Translations under genes and position numbers: made by a program | The notes under the pieces: generated by a model | Told to the model about the DNA's origin: nothing | Database searches by the model: none | Seen by the model: the letters and a program-made list of their open reading frames with translations, nothing else | DNA from: an uncultured archaeon | GTDB lineage: Archaea > Iainarchaeota > Iainarchaeia > Iainarchaeales > JAAZKV01 | Length of the DNA stretch: 42,289 nt | Assembly (NCBI GenBank): GCA_964549775.1 | Contig: CAZJVN010000002.1 | Coordinates: 1 to 42,289, forward strand | Reading direction: 5' to 3' | In this document: positions 24,440 to 32,763 of the stretch, piece after piece | How positions within the stretch are numbered: position 1 is the first letter of the stretch | Layout of the letters: each line of letters opens with the position of its first letter

Positions 24440-24640
24440 AACAAAAACCCCAACAACACCACTAATATATACAATAAATATACATACTTATAAACTTATT
24501 GTACACCCTAGTAAACAAAGATTTGTTTAAATCTATTTAAATTTGTTTAACTTATTAAAAAACTAATTAATAAGGAAAAAACATTTAACTAAATTAAAAC
24601 CAAGAACCATTTAATTAAATTAGATTAAATTGAATTAAAT

Positions 24641-25282
24641 TTATTTGTAAAGGTTTTTGTAGAACTTATCCATCTCGTTTTTGTTAATGTTTTTCTCTAA
24701 ATAAGTAGAGTATTTTTGGAAGATGTCTGTTAATTGCATCATTCCTTCTTGGAACTCATAATTTGAGAACTCTACTTTTGTTGGTTTTAGCACTTCTAGT
24801 GTCGTTGGACCATAATAAAACAAAAATCTTATGAGTGTAGGAAGGTCTCTTACTGACATGTTTACTTCAATAAAAGTTGCAAACATCTCTTCGTCCTTGT
24901 TTTCCTCAATTTCTGCTTGAGTTATTCCATAAATAGTAAAATTTTCTTCCTTCCCTATCGCTTCCATTATTTTTTTTGATTGTTTTTTCAATAAATCTTC
25001 TTCAATAGCTTTAATTTCAATAATCGCACTAATTCTTAATCTAAAAGAATCATCTTCAGCAATTTTTTTTCTCTTCTGAACCTCAGAAATAATTTCTTGC
25101 TTTAATTTGTACTTTGTAGGATAACCATCTTTTGAGACAAGCCCAAGTTTTAACATATTTTTTAGATCAATTGTTAGTTTATCATAAGGAATGTTTAGTT
25201 GCTTGTGTAACTCTTCTTCAGTTTTTGGTTCATTTAGCAAAAGCAGTGCTATTTTTTTTTGCTCTTCATTAAATGCTACCAC
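24641..25282 (-). CDS. wHTH-domain protein with uncharacterised C-terminal alpha/beta domain
   Basis: 213-aa ORF with a GTG start behind GGTGAG. The N-terminus is ArsR/MarR-like (KKIALLLLNEPKTEEELHKQLNIPYDKLTIDLKNMLKLGLVSKD). The C-terminal ~130 aa have no recognisable family. Confidence 0.5.
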   Translation of the reverse strand: MVAFNEEQKKIALLLLNEPKTEEELHKQLNIPYDKLTIDLKNMLKLGLVSKDGYPTKYKLKQEIISEVQKRKKIAEDDSFRLRISAIIEIKAIEEDLLKKQSKKIMEAIGKEENFTIYGITQAEIEENKDEEMFATFIEVNMSVRDLPTLIRFLFYYGPTTLEVLKPTKVEFSNYEFQEGMMQLTDIFQKYSTYLEKNINKNEMDKFYKNLYK

Positions 25283-25446
25283 AAAAACTCACCAAGTCAA
25301 TTTTTTTATCAAAAATATTAAATAAAACAAGACAAGAACGGTTTAAAAAACCATTTAGCCCAATTGAGAATTTAAAATAATATTAAAAATAGTTAAAAAA
25401 AAATAATATAACTAATTATAACAAATCAAGTAACTAAAATTATTAT

Positions 25447-26700
25447 TTAATTGTTAATCAACTCTAAGAGAGCTTGTTTTTGTTCAATTAGTTTATTACT
25501 AAACCAACCAAAAGAATCCCACCTTTTTGATTTTTGGGAAAAATGAAACAAATCATTATCAGTTATAACTGTATGAATGTAAGATTTGTTTTCAAGAGAC
25601 AACTTTGAAAAAATTTTTTCATTCATTAAATAAATATTGTCATAATTTTCATTAACTAATTCAAAATCAACATTTTTTTCAAAATCCTTTATCACTCCCA
25701 CATACTCCCCGCCTTGAGGCTCCACCATTTCAGCTCCCACTAACTCATAAATATCATTTTCAAAAACAATTTTTTTACTAGTAAACGCTACTACACAATG
25801 CCCATTAATTTCTTGAGATTGCAAATCATACATGTTTCCACAAACAATTACTGGAAAAATATTTTCAGGAGACAATTTTTTTGCTTTTGCTGAATCAAAG
25901 TACCAATTTTTTTCAAAATCCAAATAATAATTTCTATTAGACTCATCAAAAATAAAAGATTCTATAATTATTTCTTTACCTTTACAAAAATTAGTCAAAT
26001 AATTCATTTGAGCTTTGAATATTAAAGAAAAATCTTCACAATCCCCGCCCTTGCTTTCAAAAAATTCTGAAAGAGATTGCAAGTAATCAGTTTTGTTAGA
26101 AGTTTTTTCATCCAATTTGTAGGAGAAATTAAAAGAACCAAATTCTTTTGAACCAACTAAATCCAGACAAGCGGTTTTGATTTCACAACTATAAGCATTA
26201 TCTTCAACACAATTACTTTTTAGTTTTGATTCCATTTTTTGTTGTGAAAAACTATCATCAAAAAAAGAATTTGTTGAAAACCACTCCATCGAATCAGACA
26301 TACTTTCAATGTACTCTTCAATTTGTAAAATTGTTTGAGTGGTTTCTCCTTTTAGGATACCGTATTTTTCTGTTAAATCACTATTTTGTTTATCTAAAGA
26401 ATCAAAATTTGAAGAATTAACAGATAAATTTAGTTCAAGATCTGATTTTTGTTTTTCAAGCAAAGAAATTTTTTCAATCAAAGTATTTTTTTCTGATAAA
26501 AAACTATTTTCTTTTATAATTAAAGAATTATTTAATTCTTCTTTTTCAATAACCACTAAAACTAGTAAAATAACTAGCGCTAAAATAATTAGAATCAAAA
26601 TAAAAAAAACAACTATTACTTTTGAATTTTGTGAAACTGGAATTTTTAAAGAATCATCTTTGTTTTGGGCATCTTTTTTCATCCAGAGGTTTTTTTGCAT
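25447..26700 (-). CDS. Membrane-anchored coiled-coil protein with transglutaminase-like cysteine-peptidase core
   Basis: The likely start is ATG 26700 (MQKNLWMKKD); the upstream GTG-initiated extension to 26823 would overlap the divergent gene. It has a TM helix (VIVVFFILILIILALVILLVLVVI) and a ~90-aa coiled coil. Then come KGGDCEDFSLIF (Cys), NGHCVVAF (His) and a downstream acidic VEPQGGE. Confidence 0.55.
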   Translation of the reverse strand: MQKNLWMKKDAQNKDDSLKIPVSQNSKVIVVFFILILIILALVILLVLVVIEKEELNNSLIIKENSFLSEKNTLIEKISLLEKQKSDLELNLSVNSSNFDSLDKQNSDLTEKYGILKGETTQTILQIEEYIESMSDSMEWFSTNSFFDDSFSQQKMESKLKSNCVEDNAYSCEIKTACLDLVGSKEFGSFNFSYKLDEKTSNKTDYLQSLSEFFESKGGDCEDFSLIFKAQMNYLTNFCKGKEIIIESFIFDESNRNYYLDFEKNWYFDSAKAKKLSPENIFPVIVCGNMYDLQSQEINGHCVVAFTSKKIVFENDIYELVGAEMVEPQGGEYVGVIKDFEKNVDFELVNENYDNIYLMNEKIFSKLSLENKSYIHTVITDNDLFHFSQKSKRWDSFGWFSNKLIEQKQALLELINN

Positions 26701-26767
26701 AAAAAAATTAATAAGCAAACATATTTTAAATCTAAAAAACCTAATTAGTATACTAGAAGGGACAAAA

Positions 26768-27103
26768 ATGATTTTAGAATTTCTAAATTTTGGGGAAAGC
26801 GCTAATTTTACTCCACTACCCACACAAGAAGCACTTTATAGTCAAGCTGCTCAAATAATTCCTTTCAATATCGAATTAGTAATTCTTGTAATTATCCTAA
26901 TCGCAATTACAATTTTTATCGCATTCTTTTTAAAAAAAGTAATAGTAAATAGCATCCTTGGCGGAATAATTTGGGCACTAGCAGTTTTTGTTTTCAAAGT
27001 ACAACTCCCTTTAATTCCAAGTTTTGTTATTTCAGTACTTTTTGGACCTGCAGGAATAGGGACACTATTATTACTATCAGCGCTAGGATTACTTGCAATT
27101 TAG
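26768..27103 (+). CDS. Small integral membrane protein, BofA-like
   Basis: 111 aa counted from ATG 26768. NSILGGIIWALAVFVF...PLIPSFVISVLFGPAGIGTLLLL resembles the BofA pattern (N..GG....P.N......G.LG.PG...L). The 5' part of track ORF 26339-27103 is antisense to the neighbouring gene. Confidence 0.5.
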   Translation: MILEFLNFGESANFTPLPTQEALYSQAAQIIPFNIELVILVIILIAITIFIAFFLKKVIVNSILGGIIWALAVFVFKVQLPLIPSFVISVLFGPAGIGTLLLLSALGLLAI

Positions 27104-27142
27104 TTTAAAAAAATAAATAATTTAAACAAAAAAGGTTTTGTG

Positions 27143-27409
27143 ATGAAATTTTTTCCAAGAGCGAGAACTTTTTTTGGGTTCAAAAAAAGAATAGTTAGTC
27201 TACAATTAAGGAATTCTATTTTTTTAAAACACGGAGACACTCTAAAAGGAATTGCACTTATTAGAGAAATAAAAGCGAGTAATTTGGCAGAAAAAACTAA
27301 AGAAAAATTAATAAGACAAGCAAAAGTACAAGTACAAAAACACATAGACGAAGCAAGAAGACTCCAAAGAGAGGAAGAAGACGCTACTGAAAATATGAAT
27401 AGAGATTAA
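27143..27409 (+). CDS. Hypothetical small basic protein
   Basis: 88 aa counted from ATG 27143, which sits behind aaaGGTtttgtg. It is predicted helical and Lys/Arg/Glu-rich. No family recognised. Confidence 0.4.
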   Translation: MKFFPRARTFFGFKKRIVSLQLRNSIFLKHGDTLKGIALIREIKASNLAEKTKEKLIRQAKVQVQKHIDEARRLQREEEDATENMNRD

Positions 27410-27441
27410 AAACAAAAATTATTTTTTTGGAAGGGAAGCAA

Positions 27442-28029
27442 ATGGATCTTAACGAAAGCACAAAACTTGCAAAAGTAAAAAACGATTTAATCAACAATGC
27501 AAAAAAGCACGAACTTTACAAAACAGTTCTTGAAACTAAAGGAAATATTGTTTTTGGAAGAGGGAGCGATTGCGCAAAAATTCTTTTCATTGGAGAAGCT
27601 CCAGGGTTTAATGAAAACGCGCAAGGAAAACCTTTTGTTGGAAGAAGCGGAAAACTTCTTATGGAATGGATTAATGAATTAAAGCTTGAGGAAAAAGATT
27701 ATGCAATAATGAATGTGGTTCCAATGATTCCACTTAGTAAAGAGAAAAAAATCAGACCACCAACAGAAGAAGAGATAAATTATTTTTTACCACAAACAAA
27801 AAAAATGATTGAAGCAATCTCTCCAAAAATAATTGTTTTACTAGGAAGAAGTTCAGCTAGTATTTTTGATAAAAAACTAATTGTCGGGCAAGCAAAAAAA
27901 GAAGTTATTGGAAATTTAACAACTTTATTATATTTCATCTATCATCCAGCTTATTATTTAAGAAATGGAAGAAAAGGTTTTGAAGGACTAGACCCATTAA
28001 AAAAAATACTAAAAGAAATAAAAAAATAA
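27442..28029 (+). CDS. udg: Uracil-DNA glycosylase, family-4-like, lacking the Fe-S cluster cysteines
   Basis: Motif A is ILFIGEAPGFNENAQGKPFVGRSGKLL and motif B is FIYHPAYYLRN. Only one Cys is present in the whole protein. ATG 27442 is preferred over the TTG at 27427. Confidence 0.8.
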   Translation: MDLNESTKLAKVKNDLINNAKKHELYKTVLETKGNIVFGRGSDCAKILFIGEAPGFNENAQGKPFVGRSGKLLMEWINELKLEEKDYAIMNVVPMIPLSKEKKIRPPTEEEINYFLPQTKKMIEAISPKIIVLLGRSSASIFDKKLIVGQAKKEVIGNLTTLLYFIYHPAYYLRNGRKGFEGLDPLKKILKEIKK

Positions 28030-28084
28030 ACAACAAAACAAACAATATTTTTAAAAAAAATACTAAAAGAAATAAAAAAATAAA
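27997..28084. repeat. Perfect 34-nt direct repeat (period 54 nt) duplicating the 3' end of udg
   Basis: ttaaaaaaaatactaaaagaaataaaaaaataaa occurs at 27997-28030 (last codons plus the stop of udg) and again at 28051-28084. Confidence 0.85.
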
Positions 28085-28117
28085 ATAAGAATTATTTTTT
28101 TAACAATTAAGAAAAAA

Positions 28118-28894
28118 TTATCGAACGTAACTTAAATTACTATCAGGTTTTGTTTCTTCTACAGCTTCAAGTTGTTGAGTTAAATCTTTGAACGCTTTTT
28201 CGATTTGTTTAGCATCCTTGTCAAGTAACTTCATTTTAACTTTAAAACCAAACTTTTTACAAAGTAATTCTACTAATGATTTTGCGCTTCCTTGATCTCC
28301 ATAAATTAGCTGAGCGTTTGTTTCACCCATTAAACAAACCCCATCAATTCCGTGTAGTTTTCCTAGACCCACAATTAACCCTGCAGCTCCAGAAATAAGC
28401 CCTTCTTTTTTATCTTCCTTTGCTCCAAGATCAACCCAAGTTTTAATTAAAGCGTCATCAGTTCCAGCAACAATTACTTTTGGTTTCTCATTCAATCTTT
28501 TATCCCCAATATTTACTCCTGCAAGAGTAACTATTTCAATTACCCCAGAAGCTTTAAAAAAATTAACTAAAGTTTCTGCAAACTCATAATGTTCTTGAGA
28601 ACTACCAAGTTTCATATCAAGTGCTGGTTGAACTGGGCCAGCTAAAAACAAAAAGTCTTTTCCTTTATAATTGTAATAAAATATTTCATTTTTTATTAAA
28701 AATATTTTAGAGTTTTTTGTGTGAACACTTGGCGGAAATGAGTCAGACAAAACTTCTGCAATTTTTTCTGCTTTCATTTCTTTTAATAAATAATCAATAG
28801 AAATTTTTCCAACTAAACCAATTCCTGGTAACCCTACAAGTAGAGTTGCTTTTGTTATTGGAAGTTTTTTCATTACAAGAATTTTTGTTGGCAT
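28118..28894 (-). CDS. PAC2-family protein (proteasome assembly chaperone-like)
   Basis: KATLLVGLPGIGLVGKISIDYLL near the N-terminus and the overall ~250-aa length fit archaeal PAC2 (DUF75) proteins. The start is ambiguous: ATG 28894, ATG 28873 or TTG 28930. Confidence 0.72.
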   Translation of the reverse strand: MPTKILVMKKLPITKATLLVGLPGIGLVGKISIDYLLKEMKAEKIAEVLSDSFPPSVHTKNSKIFLIKNEIFYYNYKGKDFLFLAGPVQPALDMKLGSSQEHYEFAETLVNFFKASGVIEIVTLAGVNIGDKRLNEKPKVIVAGTDDALIKTWVDLGAKEDKKEGLISGAAGLIVGLGKLHGIDGVCLMGETNAQLIYGDQGSAKSLVELLCKKFGFKVKMKLLDKDAKQIEKAFKDLTQQLEAVEETKPDSNLSYVR

Positions 28895-29060
28895 AAACAA
28901 ATACTCGCAAGAAAAGTAATTTAAACCCAAACGAAAAAAGAAAAAATAACAAAAATAATGAAAATAACAAAAATTAAGGAAGAAATAACAAGCAAAATTA
29001 GGATTAAATTAATTAAAATAAATTGATTAGTACCAACTTTATTAGGATTAAATTATACTT

Positions 29061-29822
29061 TTAGTTATTGTCTTCTTTTTTGAATTCAAAAGTTGCGCCA
29101 AGTTCTTTTGCTTTCTTTTCTGCCAAATCAACTGCTTTTGTTAATAATTTATCAGCTTGTTTAAATGTGAAAGAGGTGCAAGAAACAGTGTACACTCCAG
29201 AACCCATGTAAATTACGTCACAACCTTTTACTGTTTCAATGACTGTAAGTATTTCTTTAATTATTTCTAAACCATTAGGAGACATTGAGTTAATTTTTGC
29301 TTTACCTTTTAGTACTTTTTGTGAAACAACAATATTTTTTTCAACAAGTTCTTTTAGTGGAGTAATCCATTCTTTTTCTACAATTCCTGAAATGTCTTCT
29401 CCTAAAGCGATTTTTTCAAGAGCATTCATTAATGAACCGTACTCTGCGTTAAGTGGTTCTGCCACCCCTTGCCAAACATCATCAAACTTTTTGTTAACTT
29501 GTTTAGCAAATAAAGCGATTAGTTTTTCTTCTCTATTGTATTGTTTGAAGTCATTAATTTTTTGTTTTTCTCTTGAAGAACTTACTCCTGCAAAAGATAG
29601 ATCTATTTGTTTTTTTTCTAAATCAACGTTAAGAACTTTTGCTACTCTTACTTGATTTGGTTTTACAAAGTTTCTAATATTTTTTACCCAAGAAGAAGAA
29701 ACATTACTAATGTGGACAAATCCTCTAACATGTCCAAATTCTAGTAATTCAACAAAAACACCATAGTCAAGAATTTGACTAACTCTAACAACAACCAAGT
29801 CTTCTCTTTGTGGGTATTCCAT
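29061..29822 (-). CDS. eif2a: Translation initiation factor aIF2 alpha subunit
   Basis: An N-terminal S1 domain (EDLVVVRVSQILDYGVFVELLEFGHVRGFVHISNVSSSWVKNIRNFV...IDLS) is followed by helical and alpha/beta domains. ATG 29822 is preferred over the upstream TTG. Confidence 0.9.
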   Translation of the reverse strand: MEYPQREDLVVVRVSQILDYGVFVELLEFGHVRGFVHISNVSSSWVKNIRNFVKPNQVRVAKVLNVDLEKKQIDLSFAGVSSSREKQKINDFKQYNREEKLIALFAKQVNKKFDDVWQGVAEPLNAEYGSLMNALEKIALGEDISGIVEKEWITPLKELVEKNIVVSQKVLKGKAKINSMSPNGLEIIKEILTVIETVKGCDVIYMGSGVYTVSCTSFTFKQADKLLTKAVDLAEKKAKELGATFEFKKEDNN

Positions 29823-29922
29823 TATAATCAATAATAAGTTTAGAAATAAAAAGAATTAAAAAGCACTAACAAAATCAATAAAACACTAATTTACTAGTGT
29901 TAAAAATTATTTAGAAAATGAA

Positions 29923-30459
29923 TTAGCATTCTTCTGCGATTTTTCTTAAAACAAGTAATTTAGCTATTTTTGAAGGAACATCAACTTTTTGTCCACTAGA
30001 AAAAGGACCATACTCTTGCATGTCAGTTCCAACAAAAGTAGGAACCTCTTTAATAATATTTATTGTAACAAGTTCAGTTTCTTCTTTTTGTCTTTCTCCA
30101 AACAGTGAAGAGTAAATATTGTTATGATCATTTAATAGTTTTAACATTTTTTTGTAAGTGTCAGCCTCTTCTTTAGCCATCTTATCCATGTTAATGTCTT
30201 TTGTGTGAGCAGCGATAAGAGCTTTGTTTAATAATTTTTTTTCTCTCATCAAAAATATTTCTTCAATAACTCTTTTTAGATTAGTAAATTCTCTAACATC
30301 AGAAGAAGAAAAGTTTTTTAGAGAGGATAAATATTTTTTTTTCTCTTCTTCAACAAACTTTTCTAAAGATTCAATAAAATCATCATCAACTTCTACAAGT
30401 TTACTAGTGTTTTTTTCAAGTCTATGAATTCTTCTTAGTTCATCAAAATCAATTTTCAT
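29923..30459 (-). CDS. gins51: GINS complex subunit (Gins51/Gins15-type)
   Basis: 178-aa ORF. A helical A-domain (LRRIHRLEKNTSKLVEVDDDF...REKKLLNKALIAA) is followed by a beta B-domain (VTINIIKEVPTFVGTDMQEYGPFSSGQKVDVPSKIAKLLVLRKIAE). It lies directly downstream of priS, as in many archaea. Confidence 0.7.
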   Translation of the reverse strand: MKIDFDELRRIHRLEKNTSKLVEVDDDFIESLEKFVEEEKKKYLSSLKNFSSSDVREFTNLKRVIEEIFLMREKKLLNKALIAAHTKDINMDKMAKEEADTYKKMLKLLNDHNNIYSSLFGERQKEETELVTINIIKEVPTFVGTDMQEYGPFSSGQKVDVPSKIAKLLVLRKIAEEC

Positions 30460-30513
30460 AATAAACCCTTAACACCAAATAATTATTAAAAAAATATTCT
30501 TACACAATTTTTA

Positions 30514-31650
30514 TTATCTTATTTCTGCCCCTTTTCCTATTAAATAAATTGCCACAAACAGTGGTAATTCTACTTCTTCATTTTCAAAAGGACCATAACT
30601 TGTATTATTCAAAGTAAATTTTGGAGCTTTCTTTATAAAAACCCTTTGTGGAGCATTATCAAAAACAATACTGTCAACAAAAGGGTCAAAGCTTTTTAAA
30701 TCGTCAAGCTTAATGGTTTTAGCTAAAAACCCAGTGTCTCCATGCAGAGTGTTTGGTACTCTAATTATTTTGTGAAGATCAGTACTTGTCTGTCTATCAA
30801 TTGGGCAAAGTTGTTTTTCAACTGCACTCTCAAATATTTTTTTCCAAAACTCGCTAGATTTTCTTCCTTCAAGTTTAAACAACACTCCACTATCAAATCC
30901 TTCAAAAACTGCTTGTTTTTTTTCAAGCAGAGTTGAAATCTTTTTTTGTTGAATCCCTGTAAGGGCAGAAAGTTCTTTTGTAGAAGAATTATTTAGCACT
31001 TCTTTTACGCTTGAATTAATTCTTTTTACCCAATTTCCTTTTGTTCTTGAAACAATTCCTTTTTCAAAATCATAACCTAATTTTTCAAAATAAACTCCTG
31101 CTCCAGTTAAGTAATCCACTAGTTCAATTCTTGCTTGTTTATTTAATGATCTTACTTTTTCTGAACGGATATGCAAATGATACCCTGCTTTTCCTGAAAA
31201 ATTTATTGAGAAATCCTTTGAATCAAAACCAAAATCATTTTCTAAAAAATCTATTAATCTAAATATTTGTTTTTTTGCCTCATCTAAATGTTTTTTTTCA
31301 AACCATTGTTTTCCATCAAGTTCTAAAACTTCAAGTCCAAGTTCGTCAGCATCAAATTCATAAATAAGATCCGCTCCAAACAAAATTTTGTTCTCCATTG
31401 GTTTTCTTTCAGGAAACTTGTAATAAGCATTTGAGTAAGAGAAAAAGAGTGGTTTATTGTTTCTTAAAAAGTAATTCATTTCGTTAGCATCTCTAAAAGC
31501 AATGTTTCTGTTAGCTATTTTTCTTTTAAATATTCCATAACCAAATTCTCTATTTTCAACATTTGGTAAATCAATAAAGTTTTTTGAATAATATTTAGAA
31601 AATTTTTCTTTTAAGAATTCTGCTTCTTTTGATTGATCCTCAACATACAT
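30514..31650 (-). CDS. priS: DNA primase small (catalytic) subunit PriS
   Basis: AEP primase motifs DLIYEFDADE, SGKAGYHLHIR and IIRVPNTLHGDTG. An AGGAGGGG SD lies inside the end of priL, and the ATG overlaps the priL stop (TAATG). Confidence 0.9.
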   Translation of the reverse strand: MYVEDQSKEAEFLKEKFSKYYSKNFIDLPNVENREFGYGIFKRKIANRNIAFRDANEMNYFLRNNKPLFFSYSNAYYKFPERKPMENKILFGADLIYEFDADELGLEVLELDGKQWFEKKHLDEAKKQIFRLIDFLENDFGFDSKDFSINFSGKAGYHLHIRSEKVRSLNKQARIELVDYLTGAGVYFEKLGYDFEKGIVSRTKGNWVKRINSSVKEVLNNSSTKELSALTGIQQKKISTLLEKKQAVFEGFDSGVLFKLEGRKSSEFWKKIFESAVEKQLCPIDRQTSTDLHKIIRVPNTLHGDTGFLAKTIKLDDLKSFDPFVDSIVFDNAPQRVFIKKAPKFTLNNTSYGPFENEEVELPLFVAIYLIGKGAEIR

Positions 31651-32696
31651 TATTCTTCCCCTCCTTTTATTGTTTTACCATCATCATCTTTTTTGAATCT
31701 ATTTTTTGTTCTTAACTTTGCAATATAATATCTTACTGGATGATTGTGTTTGCATTCAGTTGCACATTCTTTAACTTTAAGTCCATAATCTGCAATTTTT
31801 TTACAACCAGGAGCAGATAATTTTTTTTGATAAATTCTATCAACATGATATTCAGCAATATGTTTTTTGTAATCAGGACTTTTTGCAAATAGTGCAAGCA
31901 TTTCTTGTTTTTGCATTCCAAGTTGGAAAAGAAAACTAGCAAGTACCACTCTTGCGATATAAGATAATTTTTTTCCAGAAGCTTGATCAGCATAAAGTGC
32001 TTGCATACAAGGGGGGAATAAGTTTGGCTCAATTTTTCCTTGAATTTTTAAATCAAAATTCTTCTTTTCAATTACAGTTAATTGTGAATCAATTGTTTTT
32101 GCGTACTCTACAAAAGCTTTTGGAATAAACTTTTTTTCAATTGGAAGAGAATCAAAAACTTTTTTGTAAGATTTTTCTGATAAAAATCTTGCAAAATCAT
32201 TTAGAGTTAAAAAAACTTTTCCACTCGCAACATTTTTGTTAATTAACTTTGATTCATCATCCACAAACAAAATATCTAAATAATCAATTAAATCTAATTC
32301 AACAAAAAAATCTTTTTCTTCACTAATCACATATTTTATTTTAAAATCATCAGCTAAATTTAAACAAATAGTTTTTGGATCAACATTTTTTAAAATTGAT
32401 TCAAATGTTTTCTTTTTTATTAGTAAAGAAAACTTTTCTTTAATATTTGGTATAGTCATTGAAGAAAGAATTAATTTTGCTGTAGGAAAAGCAATTATTT
32501 CATTTTCAAGCATTTCTTTTGAAGGACTAGTTAAATCAACTATGTACTCTTGACCAGCGTTTGCTCTTAAAATCATTAAAGCTGCTCTTTTTATCACAGT
32601 GTCAGAGACCTCTTCAGGGTTAATTTTTGACTCTCTTAAGAATTCTCTTGCAGTTTCAGTAAAAGGAAAATTTTGAGAAAAAACAAGGTCTACCAT
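31650..32696 (-). CDS. priL: DNA primase large subunit PriL
   Basis: 348-aa ORF. A helical N-terminal domain is followed by a C-terminal Fe-S domain with four Cys (FPPCMQAL, APGCKKI, KECATECKHNHP). It is translationally coupled to priS. Confidence 0.85.
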   Translation of the reverse strand: MVDLVFSQNFPFTETAREFLRESKINPEEVSDTVIKRAALMILRANAGQEYIVDLTSPSKEMLENEIIAFPTAKLILSSMTIPNIKEKFSLLIKKKTFESILKNVDPKTICLNLADDFKIKYVISEEKDFFVELDLIDYLDILFVDDESKLINKNVASGKVFLTLNDFARFLSEKSYKKVFDSLPIEKKFIPKAFVEYAKTIDSQLTVIEKKNFDLKIQGKIEPNLFPPCMQALYADQASGKKLSYIARVVLASFLFQLGMQKQEMLALFAKSPDYKKHIAEYHVDRIYQKKLSAPGCKKIADYGLKVKECATECKHNHPVRYYIAKLRTKNRFKKDDDGKTIKGGEE

Positions 32697-32763
32697 AAAT
32701 GAAATGTCAATAGAAAAGCATTAAATAAATAAGCTATTTACTAAAAATTGGGAAATAAAATAA

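Noticed and set aside
24440-24640. Repeat-rich intergenic region, checked for a small RNA gene or CRISPR leader
   Set aside because: It contains only short A/T direct repeats, with no GC-supported stems or array structure. It is best explained as the promoter/operator region of the RelE-like operon.
26339-26823. 5' extensions of the two divergent ORFs (plus-strand 26339-26767 and minus-strand 26701-26823), which would overlap each other extensively
   Set aside because: The extensions are antisense to the neighbour's well-formed coding region. They lack SD or TATA context and encode implausible sequence. Internal ATGs at 26768 (+) and 26700 (-) give sensible N-termini.
28931-29060. Short AT-rich direct repeats, checked as a possible CRISPR or minisatellite: three approximate ~18-nt units around AATAACAAAAAT, and ATTAGGATTAAATTA twice
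   Set aside because: The units are imperfect, few and low-complexity. They have no regular repeat-spacer architecture and no cas genes nearby, so they are more likely intergenic AT-rich noise or promoter elements.
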